Assembly (NCBI GenBank): GCA_965228855.1
Contig: CBDDIJ010000003.1
Location: 416,001-480,000, forward strand
Source of the DNA: Candidatus Obscuribacterales bacterium
Lineage (GTDB): Bacteria; Cyanobacteriota; Vampirovibrionia; Obscuribacterales; Obscuribacteraceae
Length of the DNA: 64,000 bases
Direction: 5' to 3'
The position numbers were made by a program, and so were the translations under genes. Below are positions 18,693 through 28,660 of this stretch, piece after piece (position 1 is the first letter of the stretch; every line of letters begins with the position of its first letter). The notes under the pieces are model-generated. The model saw only the letters and a program-made list of their open reading frames with translations, searched no databases and was not told the DNA's origin.

Positions 18693-19307
18693 ATGATGAG
18701 ATCCGTATCTGTTGTTTGGAAACTGGAGAAAGTGGTTTCCGCAGGAAAGCAGCTAATTTTCTCGGTTAGCGTTTGCTCTCTGTTCACGGCGGTCGGTGTG
18801 AGCTCTGCTTTTGCAACTCCGACACCCGGAGTCGACCGTCGGCCAAGCGTGCATTCGCAAGAGATTCTGAGCGCGGCAAAGGCGTCCGTTGGTAAGGAGA
18901 TGTGGAAAGGTTTCGGTCTTCCAAACGGGGGACTTGGATGTGCCGCATCGCTCAGCAACGTGCTTGGTAAGGCTGGAGTGAAGTATGCCCGATCGCCAGT
19001 AACAAAGGTTGTGCGTCAAAAGCTTTTGGGCGGACCGGTCAAAACCGCCGAGTATGTTGTAAAAGAAGGAGGCGACGGACCCCTCAACGATAGAGCTCTC
19101 GCAAGGGTTGCTAAACCTGGCGATGTTCTAGTTGCATTCATGGACCCGCTCCCCAAGGGCAATATCGGTCCTAAAGCGCATTGCGGTATTATCGGACCGG
19201 ATGGAACAGTTTTTACCAATGACTGGAACGATGGCATCTGGAAGCACGCCGACATCCATACCTACTTTGATTCGTACAGGCATATTCGGGTTATTCGGCT
19301 TCTGTGA
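18693..19307 (+). CDS. Exported NlpC/P60/CHAP-like Cys-His hydrolase (possible peptidoglycan amidase)
   Basis: Signal peptide ending in SSAFA, LGCAASLSNVL, KPGDVLV and AHCGII. Confidence 0.65.
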   Translation: MMRSVSVVWKLEKVVSAGKQLIFSVSVCSLFTAVGVSSAFATPTPGVDRRPSVHSQEILSAAKASVGKEMWKGFGLPNGGLGCAASLSNVLGKAGVKYARSPVTKVVRQKLLGGPVKTAEYVVKEGGDGPLNDRALARVAKPGDVLVAFMDPLPKGNIGPKAHCGIIGPDGTVFTNDWNDGIWKHADIHTYFDSYRHIRVIRLL

Positions 19308-19346
19308 GTGGTATTAATACATAGTACGTCCCACGGAGCACCTCGA

Positions 19347-19877
19347 ATGAACTGGCTGTCGTCGCTGAAAAAGCTTGCTGAGGGTAAGGACGACCCTGGA
19401 TTTGTGCGCATCCCAGAGGATAAGGACGAGTCTATTAGCGCCGGCGAATCGCCGACGAAACAACAGGTCATCGATTCGACATGCCACTACACCTGCACTC
19501 GCATGTGTTACGGGTACAGAGACAAGTCTTCTCAGTGCTGTTGCATTGGCGACCGCGATTTCATCATCGGACCGATTAGCGATACCGAGCGTTTCCTTGC
19601 GGCTCTCTCCGAAAAGCTAGGAGAGGAGGTTAAGTACGAGGATGTGTTTATCGACTATGAAGAGGGCCGACAGATTTTTCCGGACAAGAGCTGTTGGCAA
19701 AATCCCGATAACTTTCCGTGCATGCGAATTGTGCCTGACCAGGGAAGGGGCTATCCATGCCAGTTTCTCTCACTTGACGGAAAGTGTTCCGTGCACTCGA
19801 TAAAACCAGAGACCTGTCGAGTCTATCTCTGTGATTACTTGAAAAACATCGTCAACTTTCTGGATCAAACATTGTAG
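19347..19877 (+). CDS. YkgJ-family cysteine-cluster (CxxCxxCC-like) protein
   Basis: CTRMC...SQCCC and PCQFLSLDGKCSVHSIKPETCRVYLC; GGAG RBS before ATG 19347. Confidence 0.75.
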   Translation: MNWLSSLKKLAEGKDDPGFVRIPEDKDESISAGESPTKQQVIDSTCHYTCTRMCYGYRDKSSQCCCIGDRDFIIGPISDTERFLAALSEKLGEEVKYEDVFIDYEEGRQIFPDKSCWQNPDNFPCMRIVPDQGRGYPCQFLSLDGKCSVHSIKPETCRVYLCDYLKNIVNFLDQTL

Positions 19878-22519
19878 TGAAGGGCAAAGACGCGGAAAAC
19901 GATTTTCGTCTTTGTCGAGTCTGCGGCAAGCGCGAAGATGAATCCGGCGACATCTCGCTAAGCCAATTCGTGTTTAGATACGACGCTTGTCGTTGTAAGT
20001 TTCCTCAGAATTTGAGTGATGCCTTAAGCTCATCTATTCGCGCGCGTCCGGCTGAGTTCATTGCTGCGGCTTCTGCTGTTGCTGCCGATTCCGGCGTCTC
20101 GTCTGAGCAACAGTTGACGCTTGACGATGACTCCTTTCCTCTGAAGCGATACAAACCCGTCTACAGGCTGGGGTCAGGGGCATCAGGAGTGGTGTATCTT
20201 GCGAACGATAAAGTGCTTGGCAAAAAGGTCGCCATCAAAATTTTACGGACGCTTTCACCGGAGTTTATCATTGCTTTTCAGGAAGAAGCAAGAACGACTA
20301 GCCGCCTGAAACACAAGTACATCGTCGACCTTCTTGATTTTGGAGTCACCAGGAGTGGAGCACCATATATAGTATTAGAGTTTGTGCTCGGTCCCTCTCT
20401 GGAAGAGGTGGTGCATCGATTTGGTCCGGTTAAGCTGAGAGACTTTTTTGACGTATTCCGATTTACCTGCGAGGCGCTTTCGTATGCGCATGCCAACAAG
20501 GTATTTCACCGAGACTTAAAGCCAGGCAATATCCTTTTGACGCATGAGACAGACGGCTCATTTTCCATTCGAATCATTGATTTCGGTTTAGCCAAGATTT
20601 TGAGCGATCAGGTGGATGCCAGTCAAAAAAAGAATCTCACAATAGTTGGCACTCCGCTATATATGAGCCCCGACCAGGGTTTGGGACGACCATTTGATGC
20701 TCGCTCTGAAGTTTACTCGCTTGGCTGCGTTATGTTTGAAGCACTATGTGGTGCTCCACCGTTTCAGGCCGATACGGCGCTTGAACTTCTCAGCTTACAT
20801 GCCGAGCAGGAGCCGCCCGGAGTCGCACAAGTTCTACTCGATAGCGGCGCAAGTCCGGAGTCTGTCGCTATTCCGCCATCAGTGGAGGCGATTATTCGCA
20901 AATGTCTTGAGAAAAATCCCGAAGATCGTTTTCAAACAGTTAGTGAGGTGCTGGAGGCTTTGAACGAGGCGGAATTCGTCGAGAATGAAGAGTTTCAGTC
21001 TGAAGTCGTGGAGACGTTCGAGAATTCCGATTCGTCGCGCATCTGGCTAAACTCCGGTCTTGTGCTCATCTTCTGTCTTGGAGTATTCTGCTATTTTTTC
21101 ATGATCAATCAGGGAGTGGACATTCCTAAGGTTTCTCGGACGTCCAAGAAAGTGAGTGGTAATGCGCTAGCTGATTTTGACAATTCAAGGAAGGTGCGAC
21201 CTGTAGCCGGTTTGATCGATCAGAATCAAGAAATCGTTCGCCTCAATGGAGCTTTCAAAGCCTCAGAAATAAAGGGGCTGGAGCAATACAAGTATATGAC
21301 CGAATTGGATCTGTCAAATAACGTCCACAATGACGACGTCACTTCTCAGATCAAAAGCAAATACCTCAAGGTTTTAAGACTGAACAATACCCCTGTAAAA
21401 ACGCTCGAGTATGTTTCAAAGCTTCCCAACTTACAGTACATAAATCTGTCAAATACCATGATTGATGGCGACGCTATCAAGCGTTTGAAGCGCCTTCCGA
21501 ATCTAATTGAATTGGATATTCGCCTCACGCCACTGAAAGACGAAGACTTGAAATATTTGGCTGACATACCCTCTCTTTTAAAGTTGAGTCTCAGTAACGA
21601 AAAGTATTCTGCCGCTTCGTTGACTGCGCTTCGCGAGCGGCTGCCCGCCTGCAGTATGAAGTTCGGCGTTCAAAGAATTGTGCCGCTTAACGAAATTCGT
21701 GATCTGATCGACGCCGGACAATTGGGCCAGGCTGAGCGACAATCCAAGCTCGCTATAAGTGTAATTGAAGAAACTCAAGGGAAAGAAGTGTCGCCGATTG
21801 CGGCATACAGCTACTGGACAGCAGTGGCTCTTATTCGACAGGGAAAAAGGGACGAATGCCGACGGTATGTCGAACGCTCAATCGAGGTGGCGGAAAAGTC
21901 CAAGTTTAATGTCTACCTGCCGGATGCGTATATGATTCTGATGCAGACGTATGATGAAAACAACCAGCATGACCGCGCCGATCGTTATGCCGAACGCGTC
22001 GCCATTTCGCAACTCGAGCGAGATGGAGTGACTTTGAACGTTGCGCACTTCGCATTGAGAGCTGGTGAAGGACATTTGCGCAAAACAGAAATTGCTGAGG
22101 CGAAGAAGTGGCTGGAAACCGCTGAGCGCTATGTCAAAAATTTGAAATCGAGACATATCAAATTTGCGAGCAAGGATTACACGCTGCTCTTGGCACCTCT
22201 TAATTTGCACCTTTCAGAAGTCTACTATTTGAAAAACGAGATTGAGAAATCGAAAGTCTATGCATCAGCCGCACTCAAATATTTGAAGAAGCGTACTACC
22301 GACCGCCCGTCTGAGAATAGCGATGAATACATAGTTCAAGAGAAACTACTTTCTGCTGTGGAAACAAGACTGGCTGCTATCGCGGAGCACGATAAGAATT
22401 TTGCTGAAGCAGTTGAACATCAACGAACTTCGATCGAATATCTGAAGGAAGTAAATGCGCCGCTTAAAAAAGACCTTCTGTATCTGCGACATCTTGAGGC
22501 GCAGGCTGAGGCTAACTGA
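19877..22519 (+). CDS. Membrane Ser/Thr protein kinase with N-terminal Cys module and C-terminal LRR and TPR-like domains
   Basis: LGSGASGVVY, VAIK, HRDLKPGN, DFG and GTPLYMSP; one TM helix; LRR units such as LQYINLSNT; helical repeats at the end. Confidence 0.92.
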   Translation: MKGKDAENDFRLCRVCGKREDESGDISLSQFVFRYDACRCKFPQNLSDALSSSIRARPAEFIAAASAVAADSGVSSEQQLTLDDDSFPLKRYKPVYRLGSGASGVVYLANDKVLGKKVAIKILRTLSPEFIIAFQEEARTTSRLKHKYIVDLLDFGVTRSGAPYIVLEFVLGPSLEEVVHRFGPVKLRDFFDVFRFTCEALSYAHANKVFHRDLKPGNILLTHETDGSFSIRIIDFGLAKILSDQVDASQKKNLTIVGTPLYMSPDQGLGRPFDARSEVYSLGCVMFEALCGAPPFQADTALELLSLHAEQEPPGVAQVLLDSGASPESVAIPPSVEAIIRKCLEKNPEDRFQTVSEVLEALNEAEFVENEEFQSEVVETFENSDSSRIWLNSGLVLIFCLGVFCYFFMINQGVDIPKVSRTSKKVSGNALADFDNSRKVRPVAGLIDQNQEIVRLNGAFKASEIKGLEQYKYMTELDLSNNVHNDDVTSQIKSKYLKVLRLNNTPVKTLEYVSKLPNLQYINLSNTMIDGDAIKRLKRLPNLIELDIRLTPLKDEDLKYLADIPSLLKLSLSNEKYSAASLTALRERLPACSMKFGVQRIVPLNEIRDLIDAGQLGQAERQSKLAISVIEETQGKEVSPIAAYSYWTAVALIRQGKRDECRRYVERSIEVAEKSKFNVYLPDAYMILMQTYDENNQHDRADRYAERVAISQLERDGVTLNVAHFALRAGEGHLRKTEIAEAKKWLETAERYVKNLKSRHIKFASKDYTLLLAPLNLHLSEVYYLKNEIEKSKVYASAALKYLKKRTTDRPSENSDEYIVQEKLLSAVETRLAAIAEHDKNFAEAVEHQRTSIEYLKEVNAPLKKDLLYLRHLEAQAEAN

Positions 22520-22555
22520 TTCTCGAAAATAAACAACTCTAATCGGTTTTAACGC

Positions 22556-24220
22556 TCAACGGTGCTTTCTAGTCGCTCTTGGCCGTTTCGGAACAGGCTT
22601 TGGTGTGCGTTTTGCTGCGGCGTGATCGACAACGATCGGCTCGTGAGTGGTTTCAACAATATTAGGGTCAGAGGCTGAGCCCACCGGATCTTTGGGAACC
22701 GCTTGACCAATTTGTTTTATGCTACGCAATTGATTTATCAATGCAGATTCAGCGATGCGAAGATTTCTGATAGTCGGTGTGTGACCGTTGACCATAATCG
22801 TGACGGCGAGCTTCTGATTTCCGGCTGTCTTTAGAATTCCTGAGATGCACCTGACACTCTCCATGGTGCCAGTTTTAAACTGATAGGTCCCCTTTCCTAC
22901 GCTCGATTCATCGTTTTGTTTTAGTAACCCGAGGTAGGGACCGTCTGCCTTCTCGCCTGCCATGTGCTTGAGCACCGTATCCAGTGCATGGGGCGATACG
23001 GCGTTCTTCCTGCAAAGACCGCAACCATCGAACAAAATTACTTCTTGACCGTTCACTCCTATCTTCGACAACCACTTAGACATCGCGATCAAGCCACGTG
23101 CTTCTAGCGACATTGAACTGTTTCGCTCGGTTGATTTGCCAGCCGGAGCCGTCTCCGTTTTCAACGTGGTTGCGCCTATTGTCCTCAGTAACTGTTGCGC
23201 ATACAGGTTATCGCTTTCGTGGAGGCAGGTCCTGATGATTTCCGCAAGTGGTTTAGACTCGTGCGCTGCCAGTTGATTGATATTTGCGCTTGGCGGAATT
23301 TCTTGATTGCCGATGCGGACGCCGTTTCTTTTAACCATCAATTCCGCAAGCGCGAGGTTGTACTCGTCCGGATTCGACATTGCAAAGGATGGTTGCTTTG
23401 GTGCCTGGGGGTGTTTCGGTCTGTAAGTGAGCGCCGTATGGTTGGAGCGATCGACATTAACCCATGTGGGCCCGTCCGGCGAGTTTAACAATGTATCGAA
23501 GAGCGAACCGTGTGTATTGGCTGCGTCGACAACTCTGTAAGAATCACCGAGTTCCCCTGGACTGCCCAGGTTACGATCCAGCACCAGGTTTGATGCTACC
23601 GGCATCCAGTGTCGTCCCCAGTCTTCAACCAACCAAGCCTGGTGAAAACCCATATCACCCGCGCCGGTTGGGGCAATCTTGATCTGGCCGGTGATATCGG
23701 ATATGGTGCCTGAGCCTGTCAGTCGGCTGGTCGCTTGAATCGCGTCTTTTATCAATCCGGCTAGCTGTCCACGACCGAAAGTCGGATTTTGTGACGGCAC
23801 GATAACCAGGTTTCCGTTTAAGGTGGTTCCGCTAAATGTTCCATCGGCGATCACAGTCGTTTTATAAGTATAGGCACCACCTAAGGTGTCATACGCACAA
23901 GCGCAGGTTATCGCCTTGACTGTCGAAGCCGGCGTATAGCGCCTGTTTCCATTAAAGGAGTATAGAACTCTTCCGCTCGGGACTTCCATAATTTCCAAGC
24001 CGACGTTTGAATGTTCCAGAGTTGGGATTCGCAGCCAACCACGGACCAGATTATCTAAGGTGAGCGTATTGTCCAGCCGTTCTACCGCCGGGGGCTTTGC
24101 AGAAGCGGCATTTGCTGCTTCCGAGGCTGTGATTCGAAGACTGGCTGAGAGAACGCAAAACAGGAACGCGCAGGTGAGTGCTACAAATATGGTCGACTGC
24201 CGCGATCTGTCTCTAATCAT
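22556..24220 (-). CDS. dacB: D-alanyl-D-alanine carboxypeptidase/endopeptidase (PBP4, peptidase S13)
   Basis: PASTVK (SxxK), ESDNLYA (SxN), DGCGL and KTG motifs. Confidence 0.9.
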   Translation of the reverse strand: MIRDRSRQSTIFVALTCAFLFCVLSASLRITASEAANAASAKPPAVERLDNTLTLDNLVRGWLRIPTLEHSNVGLEIMEVPSGRVLYSFNGNRRYTPASTVKAITCACAYDTLGGAYTYKTTVIADGTFSGTTLNGNLVIVPSQNPTFGRGQLAGLIKDAIQATSRLTGSGTISDITGQIKIAPTGAGDMGFHQAWLVEDWGRHWMPVASNLVLDRNLGSPGELGDSYRVVDAANTHGSLFDTLLNSPDGPTWVNVDRSNHTALTYRPKHPQAPKQPSFAMSNPDEYNLALAELMVKRNGVRIGNQEIPPSANINQLAAHESKPLAEIIRTCLHESDNLYAQQLLRTIGATTLKTETAPAGKSTERNSSMSLEARGLIAMSKWLSKIGVNGQEVILFDGCGLCRKNAVSPHALDTVLKHMAGEKADGPYLGLLKQNDESSVGKGTYQFKTGTMESVRCISGILKTAGNQKLAVTIMVNGHTPTIRNLRIAESALINQLRSIKQIGQAVPKDPVGSASDPNIVETTHEPIVVDHAAAKRTPKPVPKRPRATRKHR

Positions 24221-24320
24221 TGAAATTGCTCTCTAATTGCCGGATACCTGGCTGCTAGCCCGCACTATTATCGTATGCGTGAGCGAAAAATGCTGTGATC
24301 GAGCCATGAATTAATGCTGC

Positions 24321-24761
24321 TTATTCGCCCAGCTGCTGTTTGAACAGGTCCGCGATCAGCTTCGGCGTGCGCACCGGTTTCATTGTTGTTCCGTTGATGA
24401 AGACACCAGTGTGCGTCGCAAAAGTTGTGATCTGTTCGTCGACCTTAATTTCAGCATTGAAGATGACGCTAGCCGCTCTCAATTCCTGTATCCACATGTG
24501 AGCGATAGGTTTGTCGAACAATCGAATTGCCCTTTTGTATTCAATTGTGTGTGCGGCTATTACCGGCAGCAAGCCCTGATCCATAAAGTCCTTGAGAGGA
24601 AAGTATTCGTCAAAAACTTTCAATCGCATATCTTCCAGCCATCTGAAGTAAACGATGTTTGAAACATGTCCTGCGAAGTCGATGTCGTAAGTGCCGATCG
24701 AGATTGGTTTACTTACTTCAAAGCATCGCTTTTGATTGAGGCTTGGCATCGGAATGTCCAT
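24321..24761 (-). CDS. Acyl-CoA thioesterase (YbgC/FadM hotdog family)
   Basis: YDIDFAGHVSNIVYFRWLEDMR motif. Confidence 0.9.
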   Translation of the reverse strand: MDIPMPSLNQKRCFEVSKPISIGTYDIDFAGHVSNIVYFRWLEDMRLKVFDEYFPLKDFMDQGLLPVIAAHTIEYKRAIRLFDKPIAHMWIQELRAASVIFNAEIKVDEQITTFATHTGVFINGTTMKPVRTPKLIADLFKQQLGE

Positions 24762-24919
24762 GAAATGCTACAACGGTTTCTTATGTGAAACTGTCAAGAA
24801 TGGCAGCTGGTGCGCTTGACGACCGTCTTGCCTCGGAACATATTCCACATTCAGAGCATCATTTTAATTGGAAACGTAAGAACCTGAACGCGCCGTGGCG
24901 TAGTGAGAGGAAATTTTAT

Positions 24920-25267
24920 ATGTTGACTAGATTTTGGAAAGTATTGAGCGCCACTGCGCTCGTTTTAATTGTCGGTCTGATGCTTCCTCAGGCAAGTGAG
25001 GCGAGACATCACCACAAAAATTGGAATAACAATTGCAACAATATTAGGTGGAACAACAATAGTGCCTGGTATGGCAACCGCGGTTGTAACAGCTATGGAA
25101 ATCGTTGGATAAACAACAGCGCCTGGTACGGTAACAACGGATACAACAATGGTTGGCGGAACCGAAACTGGCGAAATAACTCATACTTCAACAATGGAAG
25201 GGGTCATGCCTACGGTCGCCAGTTTGCGCATCATCGACATCATGGCCGACGAGGCGGCTGGTTCTAA
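24920..25267 (+). CDS. Small secreted Asn/Gly/Trp/Arg/His-rich low-complexity protein
   Basis: GAGG RBS, signal peptide ending in ASEA, NNSAWYGN twice, and a terminator downstream. Confidence 0.75.
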   Translation: MLTRFWKVLSATALVLIVGLMLPQASEARHHHKNWNNNCNNIRWNNNSAWYGNRGCNSYGNRWINNSAWYGNNGYNNGWRNRNWRNNSYFNNGRGHAYGRQFAHHRHHGRRGGWF

Positions 25268-25289
25268 AGATCAGAACATCGCAATAATT

Positions 25290-25332
25290 TGAACGCAGGA
25301 AGCAAACGGATTGTGCTTCCTGCGTTCATTTT
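25290..25332 (+). terminator. Intrinsic terminator
   Basis: 15-bp perfect stem TGAACGCAGGAAGCA/TGCTTCCTGCGTTCA followed by TTTT. Confidence 0.85.
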
Positions 25333-25404
25333 GAGCTGCAAATGTTTTATGATTTACGGCGCGATTCGCTAGTCGCGTTTGCTCATTTGTTGTGAGGGGG
25401 AATT

Positions 25405-25635
25405 ATGTCGCAGGAAGAGCTGAAACAGGCAATTCAGGACAAAAAATTGATTTGTCCAAAGTGCAAAGACCCGGTGCAGAAGTACGACAACTACATTGAC
25501 CTGGTTGGCAGTGTCTGGGACGGAGCCGGCGATTCCGGTGTGGAATCGGCAGGCAGCAAAGTTACTCTCATTTGCGGCAATGGCGACTGTGCCTGGAAAG
25601 AGCGTACCGAATATTGGGATTCGTTTGAAGAATAA
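25405..25635 (+). CDS. Small zinc-ribbon-like protein
   Basis: CPKC ... CGNGDC; GAGGGG RBS. Confidence 0.75.
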   Translation: MSQEELKQAIQDKKLICPKCKDPVQKYDNYIDLVGSVWDGAGDSGVESAGSKVTLICGNGDCAWKERTEYWDSFEE

Positions 25636-25680
25636 GTTCGTAAAACTGTTAAAAGCGGCTCAATCGCCGCTTGCGACGGT

Positions 25681-25896
25681 TTATTCTTCTGAAGCAGTTG
25701 CGACGACGGCGCCACTGAGCGCATCATAAGCCTGTTTCATTGCATGCGTGAGCCGAATGCGACTTTCGAGCGTGATGATCAGGTCCGCAAGATACTCTGT
25801 ATCACTGCCGATTTCGCAGGCCTCAAGCTTCATTTGGATCGCTTCCAGAAGCTTGTCGTAAGAAATTACTGATGGGACGTCCACGTCAGAAACCAT
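25681..25896 (-). CDS. Small hypothetical protein
   Basis: ORF with a GAGG element upstream of ATG 25896; fills the intergenic space. Confidence 0.55.
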   Translation of the reverse strand: MVSDVDVPSVISYDKLLEAIQMKLEACEIGSDTEYLADLIITLESRIRLTHAMKQAYDALSGAVVATASEE

Positions 25897-26082
25897 AAAA
25901 GCCAAACACCTCTTAAAAGAGCCCCTGGACATGTTGCCCTGATTTGATCCCAATCTGTTGAGCAAGCGGAGGTACGTACAAATTGGATTCGCCCAGGGGC
26001 AGAGTCTAAGCTATCACCGCCAAAATCATTTAGCTAGGCTGTGTAAACGACTGTCTCTTAGCAACTACTAAGGAGAAGATTC

Positions 26083-27069
26083 ATGAAGGCTGCGATTGTA
26101 ACGGGCTCTGGTGGACCCGAGGTTCTCAAGGTCCAAGACGTGCCCGAACCACACGCGTCGAAAGGTGAAGTCCGTGTGCGTGTTATGGCGACTGCGGTGA
26201 ACCGGGCGGACGTGATACAGCGGAAGGGCGGATATCCTGCTCCTCCAGGTGTTCCGTCGAACATTCTGGGGTTGGAGTATGCCGGTGTCATAACTGATAT
26301 CGGCGAGGATGTTTCCGGGTTCGAGCCCGGTGATCGTGTGTTCGGATTGGTTGGTGGCGGGTCCTATGCGCAATTTATCGTAACGCACCATCGAACCATC
26401 GCGAAGATTCCGGATAACCTCTCCTTCGAGCAAGCAGCGGCTTGTCCTGAGGCTTTCGTAACCGCATACGATGCCATGGTCAGTCAGGCGAATTTGAAGT
26501 CGGGAGAATGGGTTCTGATCCATGCTGCCGGAAGTGGCGTGGGGACTGCCGCTGTGCAAATTTGCACAGCGCTGGGCGCGCGTTCCGTCGGCACGAGCAG
26601 GACCAAAGACAAAATCGATCGAGCGATGGAACTTGGCTTGCATCGCGGTATCGTGGTCGAGAAAGGTGATTTCTCCGATGAAGTCAAAACCATTGTTGGC
26701 GACCAGGGCGTTGACGTGGTGCTGGAATTGATAGGCGGCAACTATGTTATTGAAGATCTGGAGTGCGTGGCGAATCAGGGGCGCATTATTCTTGTCGGTT
26801 TGCTGGCCGGCGCTAAGGCGGAATTGAGTCTGCAACGAATTTTATCGAAGCGTGTGATGCTCAAGGGAACGACTCTGCGCGCCCGACCACTCGAAGAGAA
26901 AATTGTTGCAGCTCAACTATTATCTAAACAGATCGCGCCTTTGCTTGAAAACGGTGAACTAAAGCCGATCATCGACAAGGTCTTTGATCTGGATAATGTC
27001 GTTGAGGCTCACAGATATGTCGAGCAGAACGATAGTTTCGGCAAGGTTGTTTTGAACTTGGACGATTGA
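26083..27069 (+). CDS. NAD(P)H-quinone oxidoreductase, PIG3/zeta-crystallin (MDR) family
   Basis: VNRADVIQRKGGYP, LGLEYAG, LIHAAGSGVG and GKVVL. Confidence 0.95.
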   Translation: MKAAIVTGSGGPEVLKVQDVPEPHASKGEVRVRVMATAVNRADVIQRKGGYPAPPGVPSNILGLEYAGVITDIGEDVSGFEPGDRVFGLVGGGSYAQFIVTHHRTIAKIPDNLSFEQAAACPEAFVTAYDAMVSQANLKSGEWVLIHAAGSGVGTAAVQICTALGARSVGTSRTKDKIDRAMELGLHRGIVVEKGDFSDEVKTIVGDQGVDVVLELIGGNYVIEDLECVANQGRIILVGLLAGAKAELSLQRILSKRVMLKGTTLRARPLEEKIVAAQLLSKQIAPLLENGELKPIIDKVFDLDNVVEAHRYVEQNDSFGKVVLNLDD

Positions 27070-27097
27070 ACGTGAGCCGTTTTCGCGAGGGTGCAAG

Positions 27098-28150
27098 ATG
27101 ATGTCTGGTCAGCCCGATAAGGTTTCCGATACGGTGCAAACCGCCGATGGTTCTTTGACGCTGCGCGATAGAAAGACCAATGAGCTTTATCACAACTCCG
27201 GCGGCGCTTTGCTCGAGGCTGTCGAGAATTATGTGAAACCAGCCAGGTTGGAAGGGCTTCTCCAGCGTCGAGGAGGAGCAAAGAAGTCGGATTCGAATTG
27301 TATGCCTACCGTTGGTGAAGGCTCGGAAACGGGCACTACTGGTGGTACCATGCGCGATATGGACGATTCAACTTTGCGGTTTCTCGATGTCTGTTTCGGG
27401 CTTGGATACAATACATTTGCGGTCTGGCAGCATGTGTTAAACGCGCCGTATTTGCCGTTTGACAAGATTGAAGCCACCGCCATAGAGTTGGATGTGGAAC
27501 TGTTAAAACTGTGGCCGGCCATTCTGCGACAAGAATGTTTTCGAACGCTCAACGATGCTCTGCGCGATCAGAGCGGGAAGTCTATTTCTGAAAATCTGGA
27601 GGCTCTTGCTCGCATAGGAGTGCCTCCTAAGGCGGTTCGGTTCAACTATCAAGCACGGGAAGGACCGCCATTCGTGCTGAATATGAAATTTGCTGATTTG
27701 CGTGAAGCCGTACCAAAGCTCGCGATGGAGGAGCCCGCCTCTTACGATTTGATTTTTCACGATCCTTTCTCACCGAGGATGATGCAGCAGTTTTGGACCG
27801 TAGAACTATTCAAGGATTACTTTAACTTGCTTCGACCGGATTGTGGCGCGCTTCTGACCTATAGCGCCGCTTCTGCGGTGCGCGGCGGATTGATCGAAGC
27901 CGGTTTTTCAATTTTCAGAACTAAAGGCGTTGGTGTCAAGAATGGTGGCACACTCGCGTGCCGAACTGGGGCGACTGAGCTAGTGGACGGGCTAATATTC
28001 AATATGTTCGAGGAGGAAGTGGAGCGGCTGAAGACAGTCTCCGGCATTCCCTATCGCGATCCGTCGCGGCTTGATTCTACAAAAGATGTCCTGAAGCGTC
28101 GCGAGCAAGAACAGAAAATGTTCAAGGCGAATAAATCCCAATCTGTTTAG
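27098..28150 (+). CDS. MnmC-methyltransferase-domain (MnmD-like) tRNA methyltransferase
   Basis: TADGSLTL...YHN..GALLEA, LDVCFGLGYN, DLIFHDPFSP and LTYSAASAVRGGLIEAGF. Confidence 0.8.
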   Translation: MMSGQPDKVSDTVQTADGSLTLRDRKTNELYHNSGGALLEAVENYVKPARLEGLLQRRGGAKKSDSNCMPTVGEGSETGTTGGTMRDMDDSTLRFLDVCFGLGYNTFAVWQHVLNAPYLPFDKIEATAIELDVELLKLWPAILRQECFRTLNDALRDQSGKSISENLEALARIGVPPKAVRFNYQAREGPPFVLNMKFADLREAVPKLAMEEPASYDLIFHDPFSPRMMQQFWTVELFKDYFNLLRPDCGALLTYSAASAVRGGLIEAGFSIFRTKGVGVKNGGTLACRTGATELVDGLIFNMFEEEVERLKTVSGIPYRDPSRLDSTKDVLKRREQEQKMFKANKSQSV

Positions 28151-28154
28151 TCGT

Positions 28155-28565
28155 CTAGTCGTCGCTGCTGCCGCTTCCGACTTCTGCTTCGACGATTGCT
28201 TCCAGAGCCCGAATTTGCCGTTCAACATCCTCAAGCTCCGCATATAGTTCTGCGTTCGGCTCGGCCAGGTCTGCGATGTCGTCGGTCAATTTCTCGACTT
28301 TCTCGCCAAGTAGTTCCATCAGTTTAATTATCAGGTCAGTATGCTCGGGTGTGAACTCCTCTCGGCGAGTTTTCAAAGCCTCCATCAGGAGGTTGTATTT
28401 CTTCCCGACCAGTTCCAGTTTGTCTACGCGCCAGCCGATTGAATGATTCACACGCCGAATCCGTCCGCAGATCTTGGTTCGATCGCGGGACAGGCGTTTT
28501 AGCCTTTGCCAGATATCTACGGGTTCACTCATTGGGAATGTTACCGGAATTCTTCTCCTTATCAT
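28155..28565 (-). CDS. Hypothetical coiled-coil protein
   Basis: Helical, charged ORF convergent with the previous gene. Confidence 0.6.
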   Translation of the reverse strand: MIRRRIPVTFPMSEPVDIWQRLKRLSRDRTKICGRIRRVNHSIGWRVDKLELVGKKYNLLMEALKTRREEFTPEHTDLIIKLMELLGEKVEKLTDDIADLAEPNAELYAELEDVERQIRALEAIVEAEVGSGSSDD

Positions 28566-28660
28566 TAATTACCACGAGAGCCCTCATAACTACACCCCTC
28601 CATACATTCCGTGGTAATCTGTCCTGCTCGAAGCGGAAATCAGGGCTGGGGAGGCTCTTA

